Below are positions 8,992 through 16,909 of a DNA stretch of 59,615 bases, piece by piece. Position 1 is the first letter of the stretch, and every line of letters starts with the position of its first letter. The translations under genes and the position numbers were made by a program. The notes under the pieces are model-generated. The model worked only from the letters and a program-made list of their open reading frames with translations, did no database searches and was not told the origin of the DNA. This DNA comes from Patescibacteria group bacterium (GTDB lineage Bacteria; Patescibacteriota; Minisyncoccia; Phycocordibacterales; JACOZG01). The DNA is taken from NCBI GenBank assembly GCA_038058475.1, contig JBBUAW010000007.1:1-59615 (forward strand), read 5' to 3'.

Positions 8992-9546
8992 ATGAAACTT
9001 TTTAACGTTAGCGTCGCTCTCGGTAGTTTTGTTTTTGGATTAGTTATTGGCGTCTATCTCCCAATTTTCCCAGACACACCGAGAACTATCCCCGATGTGC
9101 AAACGTTTGTCACCAAACCACATCAACAAACAGTTCCTGAACTGGTTGTCGGCTACAATGGACCGGATGGTAAGCCGTTCGAGCTCGTCTATGATACCAA
9201 GAGCCGAAGGGTAATTCTGCGAGTGGACTCATCATCGGAGAGTTTTTTCAACGCAGATGAACTGGAACGACTCAAATCCGAGGTGGTGCGATTAATCTTG
9301 TCTGGCAAAACTTCACTCCCGCTAGGTGATAGTGGTATTTCCTTCCGATTTGCCGAAGGACAATATCCTATCTGGGGTCCACATGAAGAAGTTGGCCCGG
9401 GTTATAACTATAAGTCTCTGTTTTTTGCCGAGGGGGCGGCGATCAAAGACGGCATCATTGAGGCACAGGGACTTCCAAACAGACCTGGTCACTATTACCC
9501 ATACCCGCCAGATCTTTGGCCAAATTCTCAACCCGGTTCAAGATGA
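8992..9546 (+). CDS. hypothetical membrane-anchored protein
   Basis: 184-aa ORF with GGAGAAC SD and an N-terminal TM (VALGSFVFGLVIGVYLPIF); no family recognised; followed by a clean terminator. Confidence 0.6.
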   Translation: MKLFNVSVALGSFVFGLVIGVYLPIFPDTPRTIPDVQTFVTKPHQQTVPELVVGYNGPDGKPFELVYDTKSRRVILRVDSSSESFFNADELERLKSEVVRLILSGKTSLPLGDSGISFRFAEGQYPIWGPHEEVGPGYNYKSLFFAEGAAIKDGIIEAQGLPNRPGHYYPYPPDLWPNSQPGSR

Positions 9547-9587
9547 ACGGAGACGTTGACTTCCGTCATCCGTCACAATAAACTCAA

Positions 9588-9618
9588 GACCGCATGGTTC
9601 GCCGTGCGGTCTTTTTTT
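9588..9618 (+). terminator. rho-independent terminator
   Basis: GACCGCATGG-TTCG-CCGTGCGGTC hairpin followed by T7. Confidence 0.8.
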
Positions 9619-9640
9619 ATCTACAAACCAAATCAGAAGT

Positions 9641-9695
9641 GTCACTGGCAAGGAGAGTCCTTGCCAAGACTTGCCAAGAGTCCTTGCCAGTGGTC
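9641..9695. repeat. nested inverted/direct repeat element
   Basis: CACTGGCAAGGA ... TCCTTGCCAGTG form 12-bp arms. Inside are an internal copy of TCCTTGCCA and a duplicated CTTGCCAAGA. Two mutually exclusive hairpins are possible. Confidence 0.6.
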
Positions 9696-9808
9696 ATTAC
9701 ACCCTGATCTGCTTCGCCAATTCTCATAATATCAGTTTAGACGAAGCAATCAGGATGAGTTTTGATAAGGTGATGAAGAGGGATAGGGACAGATTTAATA
9801 AGGTCTAG
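9690..9808 (+). pseudogene. possible C-terminal remnant of a MazG-like NTP pyrophosphohydrolase
   Basis: Short frame ...LICFANSHNISLDEAIRMSFDKVMKRDRDRFNKV* resembles MazG-family C-termini. No N-terminal part or start codon is present. Confidence 0.3.
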
Positions 9809-9825
9809 ATTGCGCCAATTATTTA

Positions 9826-9834
9826 TGCTATAGT
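9826..9834 (+). promoter_or_regulatory. extended -10 (TGcTATAGT) 6 nt upstream of the hicB GTG
   Basis: TATAGT at 9829-9834, TG at 9826-9827, GTG start at 9841. Confidence 0.45.
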
Positions 9835-9840
9835 CGTTCT

Positions 9841-10092
9841 GTGTCTAAAGAATTTGAATATAAAATTGAATACGAGGTTGATAAAGAAACAAATCAAATT
9901 GTGGCGACTATCCCAGAATTAAATCATATCTCATCGTTCGGCGATTCTTTCGCTGAAGCTGAAGCCAATGTCCGAGAGGCGGCTCTCGGTTATCTAGAAG
10001 TTCTGGTAAGGGAGAAAAAAGAAATTCCGAAACCGGCCTTTCGTACCGAGGGTACCTATCTTAAAATCCTGGTATCTAAAACTGCCTCATAA
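9841..10092 (+). CDS. hicB: HicB-family antitoxin
   Basis: 83 aa, GTG start. HicB-like N-terminal fold sequence (VATIPELNHISSFGDSFAEAEANVREAALGYLE). A 3-nt gap separates it from hicA. Confidence 0.8.
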   Translation: MSKEFEYKIEYEVDKETNQIVATIPELNHISSFGDSFAEAEANVREAALGYLEVLVREKKEIPKPAFRTEGTYLKILVSKTAS

Positions 10093-10095
10093 GCG

Positions 10096-10323
10096 ATGGG
10101 TAAATTAGGCAGACTGCCGGTCAGAAAAGTTATTCAGAAACTAAATAAAGCCGGTTTCGTAGAAACCCATCGTCGAGGCAGCCACATCTATCTTAAAAGT
10201 GGTGACGGTGAAAGATTTGTTACTGTGCCGGCTCACGGCTCTAAAGATATTCCTATCGGTACGCTCTATAATATCGTTGTCCGGCAAGCTGGTTTGTCTG
10301 TAAATGAGTTCAATAATTTGTAA
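10096..10323 (+). CDS. hicA: HicA-family mRNA interferase toxin
   Basis: 75 aa; YcfA/HicA pattern (KVIQKLNKAGFVETHRRGSHIYLK...VTVPAHGSKDIPIGTLYNIV). Confidence 0.88.
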   Translation: MGKLGRLPVRKVIQKLNKAGFVETHRRGSHIYLKSGDGERFVTVPAHGSKDIPIGTLYNIVVRQAGLSVNEFNNL

Positions 10324-10924
10324 AATCAGAAATGGAAATCTAATTTTTGTGTTTGACAAACCCCCTCTCTTTCCTGTAGTAATAAGCTCGGAAAGTGGCA
10401 ATGGGCCACTGATCATTGTCAACGGCCGTAGTGAGCCAGTCCTTGAAAGGAGAATCACGGTGGTAAAAAGAATCAGTATCACTTTGGCGCCATACCTGCA
10501 AAGGTATATCGCCAATCATAAAGGTAAGGTCGACGATCCGCTGTGGAAGTCTATCGGCACCGCTCTGCGAGTTCCGGCTGACATTGTTTCCATTCTGGTA
10601 GACGATCTTAGCCGTGGTGCGCGCTTCCCGTACGATATTGCGCCACCAAAGACCAGCGGGCACATGAAGGAGTTCCAAAGTTGTTGTTCTCGTGAACTTT
10701 TTTCCACCCAGCAAAAAGCAGGTGCTGGCTCATGTGACTGTGAAAGTGGTGGACGGTGAACCAACGATTGATTTTGTTGAGTGGCGTTGTTGAGAAACTG
10801 CGACCACAGATGGAGATCGTTTACGATCTTTTGTCGCAAGCGCTCGGCAAATAGTGAATTTGTTCGTCCTGTGTTTATGCGCTTCGATAACTATCGGGGC
10901 GCCTTTTTCTTTGGGGTAATTTTG

Positions 10925-10933
10925 TGATAGATT
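10925..10933 (+). promoter_or_regulatory. extended -10 (TGaTAGATT) in front of the ncRNA candidate
   Basis: TAGATT at 10928-10933 with TG at 10925-10926; the predicted start is about 10940, just before the 5' arm of the closing helix. Confidence 0.4.
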
Positions 10934-10939
10934 ATGCCG

Positions 10940-11139
10940 GAAGTCGGGGGCGGACACACTAACTGTTCCTAGAAGCTCGAGGTTCGGGGTGCACGCTTAA
11001 ACCCCCGCCTGTGAGGACCCAGAGATGGCTGGCAAAAACGGAGAGCCGAGAACGGGGCGCCGTGAGAGGAGCGTCTATAATCTCGTTCGGCCGACGGGCC
11101 AGTTAGAGCGAAAGCCACTGTCCTACCCCCGACTTTTTT
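10940..11139 (+). ncRNA. candidate structured ncRNA (about 200 nt, class unknown)
   Basis: GC-rich with no credible ORF. The 5' GUCGGGGG (10943-10950) pairs with 3' CCCCCGAC (11126-11133), followed by T6. Nested helices are GGAC/GUCC, CUGG/CCAG and GCCGAGAAC/GUUCGGC, plus a CGGGG/CCCCG hairpin. Confidence 0.4.
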
Positions 11140-11148
11140 GTTTATTGA

Positions 11149-11197
11149 GACCGCGCGGTTCATTCCGCCCGAGGCGGACAGGCCAGCGGTCTTTTTT
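11149..11197 (+). terminator. rho-independent terminator (second, tandem)
   Basis: GACCGC...GCGGTC outer stem with an inner CCGCC-CGA-GGCGG hairpin, followed by T6. Confidence 0.7.
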
Positions 11198-11235
11198 CTT
11201 ATTCAAAAATTAGTCGTCAAACCGGGTGTTGTTGT

Positions 11236-11269
11236 TTGACAGCGAAGAAAAATTGAGTATGATTAGAAT
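11236..11269 (+). promoter_or_regulatory. grpE-dnaK-dnaJ promoter (TTGACA-N16-TATGAT, adjacent TAGAAT)
   Basis: -35 at 11236-11241 and -10 TATGAT at 11258-11263. TAGAAT at 11264-11269 lies 7 nt before the grpE ATG at 11277. No CIRCE inverted repeat was seen. Confidence 0.6.
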
Positions 11270-11276
11270 CTAAATT

Positions 11277-11849
11277 ATGGATTCAGAAAAAGAAGAAAAA
11301 GAAATAAAAATTGAAGAAACGGCCGATGCCGAAATCGTGCCGGAGGACGGCGAGGGGGCGACGGAAACGGCCGAAGCCAAGTTAAAAAAATTGCGCGAGG
11401 AATTAAAACAATGCCAGACGGAAAAACAGGATTATCTGGCAATGTCGCAACGGCTGAAAGCCGACTATCTTAATTTACAACGCGAAACGGCGACCGCCAG
11501 AGACGAGCTGGTCAAATTCGCCACCGAGCCGTTGTTGCGCCAGATTTTGGAATTGGCCGACAGTTTTGAATTAGCCTTTTCCAATCATGCGGCCTGGCAG
11601 ACAGTTGACGCTAACTGGCGAACTGGGGTAGAATATATTTACGCCAAATTACAAAATATTATGGAACAGGCGGGTTTAAAGGAAATTCCGGCCCAAGGGG
11701 AATTATTTGATCCGTTGAAGCACCATGCGTTAGAATTGGTGGAAGCCAAAAACCAAACAAAAATTAATCGGGTCGTGGAGGTGGTGCAAAAGGGCTACAC
11801 TTTGTATGCTAAAATAATTCGGCCGGCGCAAGTCCGGGTCGGTAAATAA
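11277..11849 (+). CDS. grpE: nucleotide exchange factor GrpE
   Basis: Acidic N-terminus, coiled coil (LKADYLNLQRE) and C-terminal beta domain (FDP..H.A...V...); precedes dnaK. Confidence 0.93.
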   Translation: MDSEKEEKEIKIEETADAEIVPEDGEGATETAEAKLKKLREELKQCQTEKQDYLAMSQRLKADYLNLQRETATARDELVKFATEPLLRQILELADSFELAFSNHAAWQTVDANWRTGVEYIYAKLQNIMEQAGLKEIPAQGELFDPLKHHALELVEAKNQTKINRVVEVVQKGYTLYAKIIRPAQVRVGK

Positions 11850-11886
11850 TTTTTAATAAAACATATAAATATAAGACCAAAAAATT

Positions 11887-13809
11887 ATGGCAAAAATTTT
11901 GGGAATTGATTTAGGCACCACTTATTCGGCTATGGCCTATATTGAAGGCGGAACGCCCAAGATTATTGAGAACAGCGAGGGCGCGCGCACCACGCCTTCC
12001 GTCGTCACTCAATCCAAATCCGGCGAACGGCTGGTCGGATTGTTGGCCAAGCGGCAGGCCATCACCAATCCGACCAACACGATTTTCGGCATTAAACGGC
12101 TGATGGGCCATCGCTTTGACGACCCGTTGGTCAAGCGCGATCGCGACATCGCCCCGTTTGTCATTGAGCGCTCCGAAGACGGCGGCGTCAAAGTGAAATT
12201 AGGCGAAAAATTCCATCGGCCGGAAGAAATTTCGGCGATGATTTTACAAAAACTAAAACGCGATGCCGAAGCCAAGTTAGGCGAAAAAATTGAAGAAGCG
12301 GTGATCACCGTGCCCGCTTATTTTGACGATTCGCAACGGAAGGCGACGCGCGATGCCGGCGAGATCGCCGGTTTTAAAGTCAAACGGATTATTAATGAAC
12401 CGACCGCCGCGGCTTTAGCTTACGGTTTCAATAAAAAGAAAGACGAAAAAATCGTCGTCTACGATTTCGGCGGCGGCACCTTGGATGTCTCGGTGCTGGA
12501 TATTATTGGCGGCAGTTCGCCGACGGACGAAGAACAAAGCATTCAAGTCAAGTCCACCGACGGCGATTCGCATCTGGGCGGCGACGATATTGACCAAAAA
12601 ATTATTCGCTGGATTGCCGATGAATTTAAAAAAGAATCGGGCATTGACGTGACCAAAGACCCGTTGGCCCTGCAACGGCTTAAAGAAGCGGCGGAAAAAA
12701 CCAAACATGAATTATCGGAAACGCGCGAGGCCGAAATTAACATTCCATTTATCACCTCGGACGCTAGCGGGCCGCGCCACCTGCTCTTGAAAATGACGCG
12801 CGCCAAGCTGGAAGACTTGGCGCAGGAATTTATTGACCGGTCAATTAAAATTATGCGTCAGGCCTTGACCGCTTCCGGCTATCAAATTTCAGACATTGAC
12901 GAAATAATTCTGGTCGGCGGCCAGACGCGGATGCCGGCCATCATTGCCGCCGTCAGAAAATTTTTCAACAAAGAACCGAATCGTTCAATCAATCCGGACG
13001 AGGTGGTGGCGATCGGCGCGGCGATTCAAGCCGGTATTTTTCAAGGTGATGTTAAGGACGTTTTGTTGTTGGACGTTATTCCTCTTTCTCTCGGCATCGA
13101 AACGATGGGTGGCGTCAGCACGAAAATTATTGAACGAAATACCACCATCCCGGCTTCCAAATCTCAAATTTTTTCCACGGCGGCGGATAATCAAATTTCA
13201 GTGGAAATTCATGTGCTTCAGGGTGAACGAACCATGGTCACGGATAACAAAAGTTTGGGCCGTTTTATTTTGGACGGCATTCCGCCCGCGCCGCGCGGCC
13301 GGCCGCAAGTAGAAGTGACTTTTGATGTTGACGCCAATGGCATTTTAAACGTCAAAGCCAAAGATAAAACCACTGGTCGCGAACAATCAATCAGGATTGA
13401 GGCTCGTTCTAGTCTGACGCCGGAAGACATTGAACGGATGAAAAAAGAGGCCGAGATGCATTCGGCCGAAGATCAGAAGAAGAAAGAAGAAGTAGAAATG
13501 CGAAATAACGCGGATCAATTGGTCTATACCGCTGAGAAGGCTGTGGCTGATGCGGCGGGGAAAATCAGTGACGAATTAAAAAAAGAGATTGAAGAAAAAA
13601 TCGTTAATTTAAAAAAACAGCGCGATACCGGCGCCGGAGCAGATGAATTGAAACGCGCCAGCGCCGAGTTATCGGCGGCGCTGTCTAAAATCAGCGAAGC
13701 GATGCAAAAAGCTCCTGGTAATCAAAATAGCGGCGGCCCCACGGATAATTCCAAAACCGACGACCCGAAAACCGACACCGGACCGATTCGTGACGCCGAA
13801 ACTTCTTAA
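11887..13809 (+). CDS. dnaK: molecular chaperone DnaK (Hsp70)
   Basis: [27 protein letters not shown] Hsp70 signatures; 640 aa. Confidence 0.98.
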   Translation: MAKILGIDLGTTYSAMAYIEGGTPKIIENSEGARTTPSVVTQSKSGERLVGLLAKRQAITNPTNTIFGIKRLMGHRFDDPLVKRDRDIAPFVIERSEDGGVKVKLGEKFHRPEEISAMILQKLKRDAEAKLGEKIEEAVITVPAYFDDSQRKATRDAGEIAGFKVKRIINEPTAAALAYGFNKKKDEKIVVYDFGGGTLDVSVLDIIGGSSPTDEEQSIQVKSTDGDSHLGGDDIDQKIIRWIADEFKKESGIDVTKDPLALQRLKEAAEKTKHELSETREAEINIPFITSDASGPRHLLLKMTRAKLEDLAQEFIDRSIKIMRQALTASGYQISDIDEIILVGGQTRMPAIIAAVRKFFNKEPNRSINPDEVVAIGAAIQAGIFQGDVKDVLLLDVIPLSLGIETMGGVSTKIIERNTTIPASKSQIFSTAADNQISVEIHVLQGERTMVTDNKSLGRFILDGIPPAPRGRPQVEVTFDVDANGILNVKAKDKTTGREQSIRIEARSSLTPEDIERMKKEAEMHSAEDQKKKEEVEMRNNADQLVYTAEKAVADAAGKISDELKKEIEEKIVNLKKQRDTGAGADELKRASAELSAALSKISEAMQKAPGNQNSGGPTDNSKTDDPKTDTGPIRDAETS

Positions 13810-13817
13810 AAATTAAA

Positions 13818-14900
13818 ATGGCCAAAGATTATTATGAAATTTTAGGCTTGACTCGGAACGCCACGTCGGAAGAAGTGCGAAAAGCTTTCCATAAATTGGC
13901 GCACAAATACCATCCGGACAAAAAAGGCGGCGATGAGAGTAAGTTTAAAGAGGTGAACGAAGCTTATCAGATTTTATCTGATGAACGCAAACGGCAAGCT
14001 TATGATCATTACGGTGAAGCCGGCAGTACCGGCGGTTGGGCCGGTCAAAATGCCGGCGCCGGTGATTGGCAATTTGACTTCAGCGGTTTTGACGCCGCCG
14101 GACAAGGAACGCAATTTGATCTCGGCGATTTATTTAGCGAATTTTTCGGCGGTGAACGGGACGGCCGTCGGCGCCAACGGCGCGGCCGCGATATCTCGGT
14201 GGATATCCAAATTTCCTTTGCTGAAGCGGTCTTCGGCAGCGAACGCAATTTACTGATTTCCAAAATCGGTCAATGCGAACGCTGTAACGGCACCGGCGCT
14301 GAAACCGGTTCAACGCGGCGTCAGTGCGAGGCCTGTAATGGCCGCGGCCAGATCCGCGAAACCCGCCGCTCCTTGCTCGGATCCATCTCGGCCGTGCGGA
14401 CTTGTGAAAAATGTAATGGGGTGGGGGAAAGACCGGAAAAAAATTGTGCGGTTTGCGGCGGCCCGGGTGTGTTGAAAAAAAATGAAGAAATCAAAGTGAC
14501 GATTCCGGCTGGCGTCAATGACGGCGAAATGATTCGTCTTTCCGGTCGCGGCGAAGCCGCCGCGCACGGCACTTTCGGCGATCTCTACATCAAAGTGCAT
14601 GTGGAAAAACATCCCATCTTCAGACGAGAGGGCGAACAATTGGCAATGGATTTGTCAATTAAATTATCGGACGCAATTTTGGGCGCGGAGCAAGAAATTA
14701 AAGTGCTGGACGGCCAAATTAAAATAAAAATTCCCGAAGGCGTTTCCAGCGGTGAAATTTTGCGCGTCAAGGGACGCGGCGTGCCGATCGGCCCGGGCCG
14801 TCGCGGTGATTTGTATATTCATCTTAAAGTCAAAACACCGGAAAAAATTTCTAAAAAAGCGCGAAAGTTGGTGGAAGATTTGCGGATTGAAGGCTTATAA
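13818..14900 (+). CDS. dnaJ: molecular chaperone DnaJ
   Basis: J domain with HPD (KYHPDKK), G/F region, four CxxCxGxG repeats (CERCNGTG, CEACNGRG, CEKCNGVG, CAVCGGPG). Confidence 0.97.
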   Translation: MAKDYYEILGLTRNATSEEVRKAFHKLAHKYHPDKKGGDESKFKEVNEAYQILSDERKRQAYDHYGEAGSTGGWAGQNAGAGDWQFDFSGFDAAGQGTQFDLGDLFSEFFGGERDGRRRQRRGRDISVDIQISFAEAVFGSERNLLISKIGQCERCNGTGAETGSTRRQCEACNGRGQIRETRRSLLGSISAVRTCEKCNGVGERPEKNCAVCGGPGVLKKNEEIKVTIPAGVNDGEMIRLSGRGEAAAHGTFGDLYIKVHVEKHPIFRREGEQLAMDLSIKLSDAILGAEQEIKVLDGQIKIKIPEGVSSGEILRVKGRGVPIGPGRRGDLYIHLKVKTPEKISKKARKLVEDLRIEGL

Positions 14901-14938
14901 AAAAAGCCCCGCTAATCGCCATCTGGCGAAGCGAGGCT
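14899..14938 (-). terminator. rho-independent terminator for the minus-strand lipoprotein gene
   Basis: Minus strand reads AGCCUCGCU-UCGCC-AGAU-GGCGA-UU-AGCGGGGCU followed by U6; no T-run on the plus strand. Confidence 0.65.
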
Positions 14939-14974
14939 CTGTCAAAAATCTGCACTACGTTTGGTTTTCTTCCG

Positions 14975-15784
14975 TTACCGATTAATGATAATCGGCGCCC
15001 GCACGCCTTGGCTTTGACAAGTGGTGACTGTTTTCGTGACCGGTCGCGTTAATGACCAAGTCGTTTCCGTTTCGGTGTTCAGAGAGCTCGGCGAAGGGTG
15101 GTAATAACGAATGGTTTGCGCCACTTCAATAATCACCGGTGGCAAAACATTTCGACAATCGGCACAATCCGTCCCGGGCGGACAGGAAGCAAAAACCATT
15201 TCGTTGCCTTGATAGCAGAAACTTTCGGTGTCGCCGCAGGCGCCGGCTTCTTCGCAGATTCCGTTATTGGACCCGGTGCCGGCGATCGGATAGCAAGTGT
15301 CGCCGCAAACCGTCGCTTCGCCGGTTAACTCAACGACAACCTCGCCGTTTAGCAGTTGTTCATAACCAACAACTGACAACACCACTGTCCGCCCCTCAAA
15401 ATTGCGCGTTAAAGTGGCCCCCGGCCGCAATTCCAAACCGCCGCCGGTACCGGTTGCCGCAGACGTCCCGGCGTTCAAAACCGTCGCCGGAATTGCCGGA
15501 TAACCCTCGGCGGTGATGGTGATGGACGAAAGACCGCCGTTAACAGTGGTAAACGGCGGCAGCGATTCAATTTCCATTTTGGACTCGCAATCTTCGCCGC
15601 CGGTATAAATCCCCGGCCGCAAAGAGCCCGCGCCTTGGCTGGCCGCCACCGACATAGTCATTTCGTTGTTATGATTGGCATTGCCAATCCGGGAAGAAGA
15701 AACCGTTGCTTCGTTACCGCAACCGGTCGCTAGGCAAATTCCCAAACAGTTGAACAGTCCGTACCCAATCTCCAATGTCCTCAT
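14975..15784 (-). CDS. Cys-rich putative lipoprotein, GC-rich gene
   Basis: Start set at MRTLEIG... . Lipobox LATGC follows a hydrophobic segment. The C-terminus has 10 Cys including ...CPPGTDCADC. No family recognised. Confidence 0.6.
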   Translation of the reverse strand: MRTLEIGYGLFNCLGICLATGCGNEATVSSSRIGNANHNNEMTMSVAASQGAGSLRPGIYTGGEDCESKMEIESLPPFTTVNGGLSSITITAEGYPAIPATVLNAGTSAATGTGGGLELRPGATLTRNFEGRTVVLSVVGYEQLLNGEVVVELTGEATVCGDTCYPIAGTGSNNGICEEAGACGDTESFCYQGNEMVFASCPPGTDCADCRNVLPPVIIEVAQTIRYYHPSPSSLNTETETTWSLTRPVTKTVTTCQSQGVRAPIIINR

Positions 15785-15867
15785 CCTCGTTCTCCGTAAA
15801 AAATCCCATTCAAACACAAAGAACTAACCGTTTTTATCTTAACACACTGCATTAATCTTACAAATAA

Positions 15868-15876
15868 TGGTAAACT
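15868..15876 (+). promoter_or_regulatory. extended -10 (TGgTAAACT) 7 nt upstream of ATG 15884
   Basis: TAAACT at 15871-15876, TG at 15868-15869, ATG at 15884. Confidence 0.4.
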
Positions 15877-15883
15877 ATCAGTG

Positions 15884-16534
15884 ATGTCTGATCTGCTTGC
15901 CGTTTTGACGATGGTGGTCGGCGCCGGCCTTTTACTCTTTATCCGGTTTTGGCAGAGCCGCCGGCGGAGCCGGCACTGGCTGGCCGATCTTCTCACCGCG
16001 CTCGGCCTCGTCGCGCTGATGGCCGCGGCGCTCGGCTGGCTCGGCCGCTTGCCTTGGTGTGATTGCGGCTACATCAATCTCTGGTACGGCGACGCTTACG
16101 GCAGTCAAAACTCGCAACATTTATTTGATCCTTACACTTTCACCCATCTGCTCCACGGTCTCGGTTTTTATTTCTTGCTCTGGCTCATTCTGCCGCGGCG
16201 CGTGCCGTTTGTCTGGCGATTGTTGATGGCGGTCGCGCTGGAGGCGAGTTGGGAAGTAGTGGAAAATACCTCGCTGGTGATTGAATATTATCGCGCGGTC
16301 ACCGCTTCACTCGGTTACTATGGCGACACGATTATTAACTCGCTCGGCGATATCGCGACGATGAGCCTGGCTTTTATCTTAGCCGCCCGTTTTCCCGCCT
16401 GGATCAGTGTGGTCATTTTTGTCGGCATTGAAGTCTTGTTTTTGATTTGGATTCGCGATAACTTGACTCTCAATATCTTGATGCTCCTTTACCCGATTGA
16501 ATCAATTAAGCTTTGGCAGGTTGGCATTGGGTAG
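15884..16534 (+). CDS. multi-pass membrane protein, DUF2585/UPF0314-like
   Basis: Motifs CDCGYINLWYG...SQHLFDPYTFTHLLHG and SWEVVENT recall the UPF0314 family. Assignment is from memory, not searched. GC-rich. Confidence 0.5.
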   Translation: MSDLLAVLTMVVGAGLLLFIRFWQSRRRSRHWLADLLTALGLVALMAAALGWLGRLPWCDCGYINLWYGDAYGSQNSQHLFDPYTFTHLLHGLGFYFLLWLILPRRVPFVWRLLMAVALEASWEVVENTSLVIEYYRAVTASLGYYGDTIINSLGDIATMSLAFILAARFPAWISVVIFVGIEVLFLIWIRDNLTLNILMLLYPIESIKLWQVGIG

Positions 16535-16561
16535 TATCCTGTGTTATAATAACGAGACATT

Positions 16562-16909
16562 ATGAGAAATTTTTTATACGTCATTATCGCGGTCATCGTC
16601 GCGGTTTCCGCAAATTCAATAAGCGCTGTCTGGGCAAAACCAGAGAATAAATTCTCAATCTGGCTCTTGGCCGTTATTCTTATTTCCCCATTAGTTTTTA
16701 TCACTTATGGGTTTGTCACTTCTAGAATCGGCGTGGCGCTGGCTTCCAGTGTGATTGATTCTTTGATGATTATCGGGTCAATTATAGTCGGCCTCTTTTT
16801 CTTTAATGAGTGGAATAAAATCCTAGGACTCCAGTATCTTGGAATGGGGCTCGCTGTTCTCGGTGTTCTATTAATCATCTTCTCTCCCTACCTGACATTC
16901 ACGAAATGA
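16562..16909 (+). CDS. small 4-TM transporter-like protein (SMR/EamA-half-like)
   Basis: 115 aa with four hydrophobic helices; no TM1 glutamate of EmrE type; stop overlaps the next start (ATGA). Confidence 0.6.
   Translation: MRNFLYVIIAVIVAVSANSISAVWAKPENKFSIWLLAVILISPLVFITYGFVTSRIGVALASSVIDSLMIIGSIIVGLFFFNEWNKILGLQYLGMGLAVLGVLLIIFSPYLTFTK

Noticed and set aside
10304-10957. Track ORFs 10304-10759(+), 10340-10714(-), 10516-10839(-) and 10730-10957(-) as genes
   Set aside because: They overlap one another on both strands, lack start-site signals and have no recognisable motifs beyond a faint RHH-like KRISITL. They are treated as non-coding or decayed sequence rather than called CDSs.
10940-11197. 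Assignment of the structured RNA candidate to tmRNA, SRP RNA or RNase P RNA
   Set aside because: There is no 5' GGGG / 3' CCACCA tRNA-like pairing or tag ORF ending in hydrophobic Ala-Ala. There is no SRP domain-IV GGAA/AGCA loop pattern and no GGAAAGUCC P4 sequence. It is kept only as an RNA of unknown class.
11200-11276. CIRCE/HrcA operator upstream of grpE-dnaK-dnaJ
   Set aside because: No TTAGCACTC-N9-GAGTGCTAA-like inverted repeat is present; only the promoter hexamers are seen.
11911-14770. Antisense and out-of-frame ORFs inside dnaK and dnaJ, and similar ones inside alaS, rpoA, copA, dnaB, the ATPase, etc.
   Set aside because: They are fully embedded in strongly supported conserved genes. 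Their compositions are Arg/Gly/Pro-rich or low-complexity, typical of off-frame translation.
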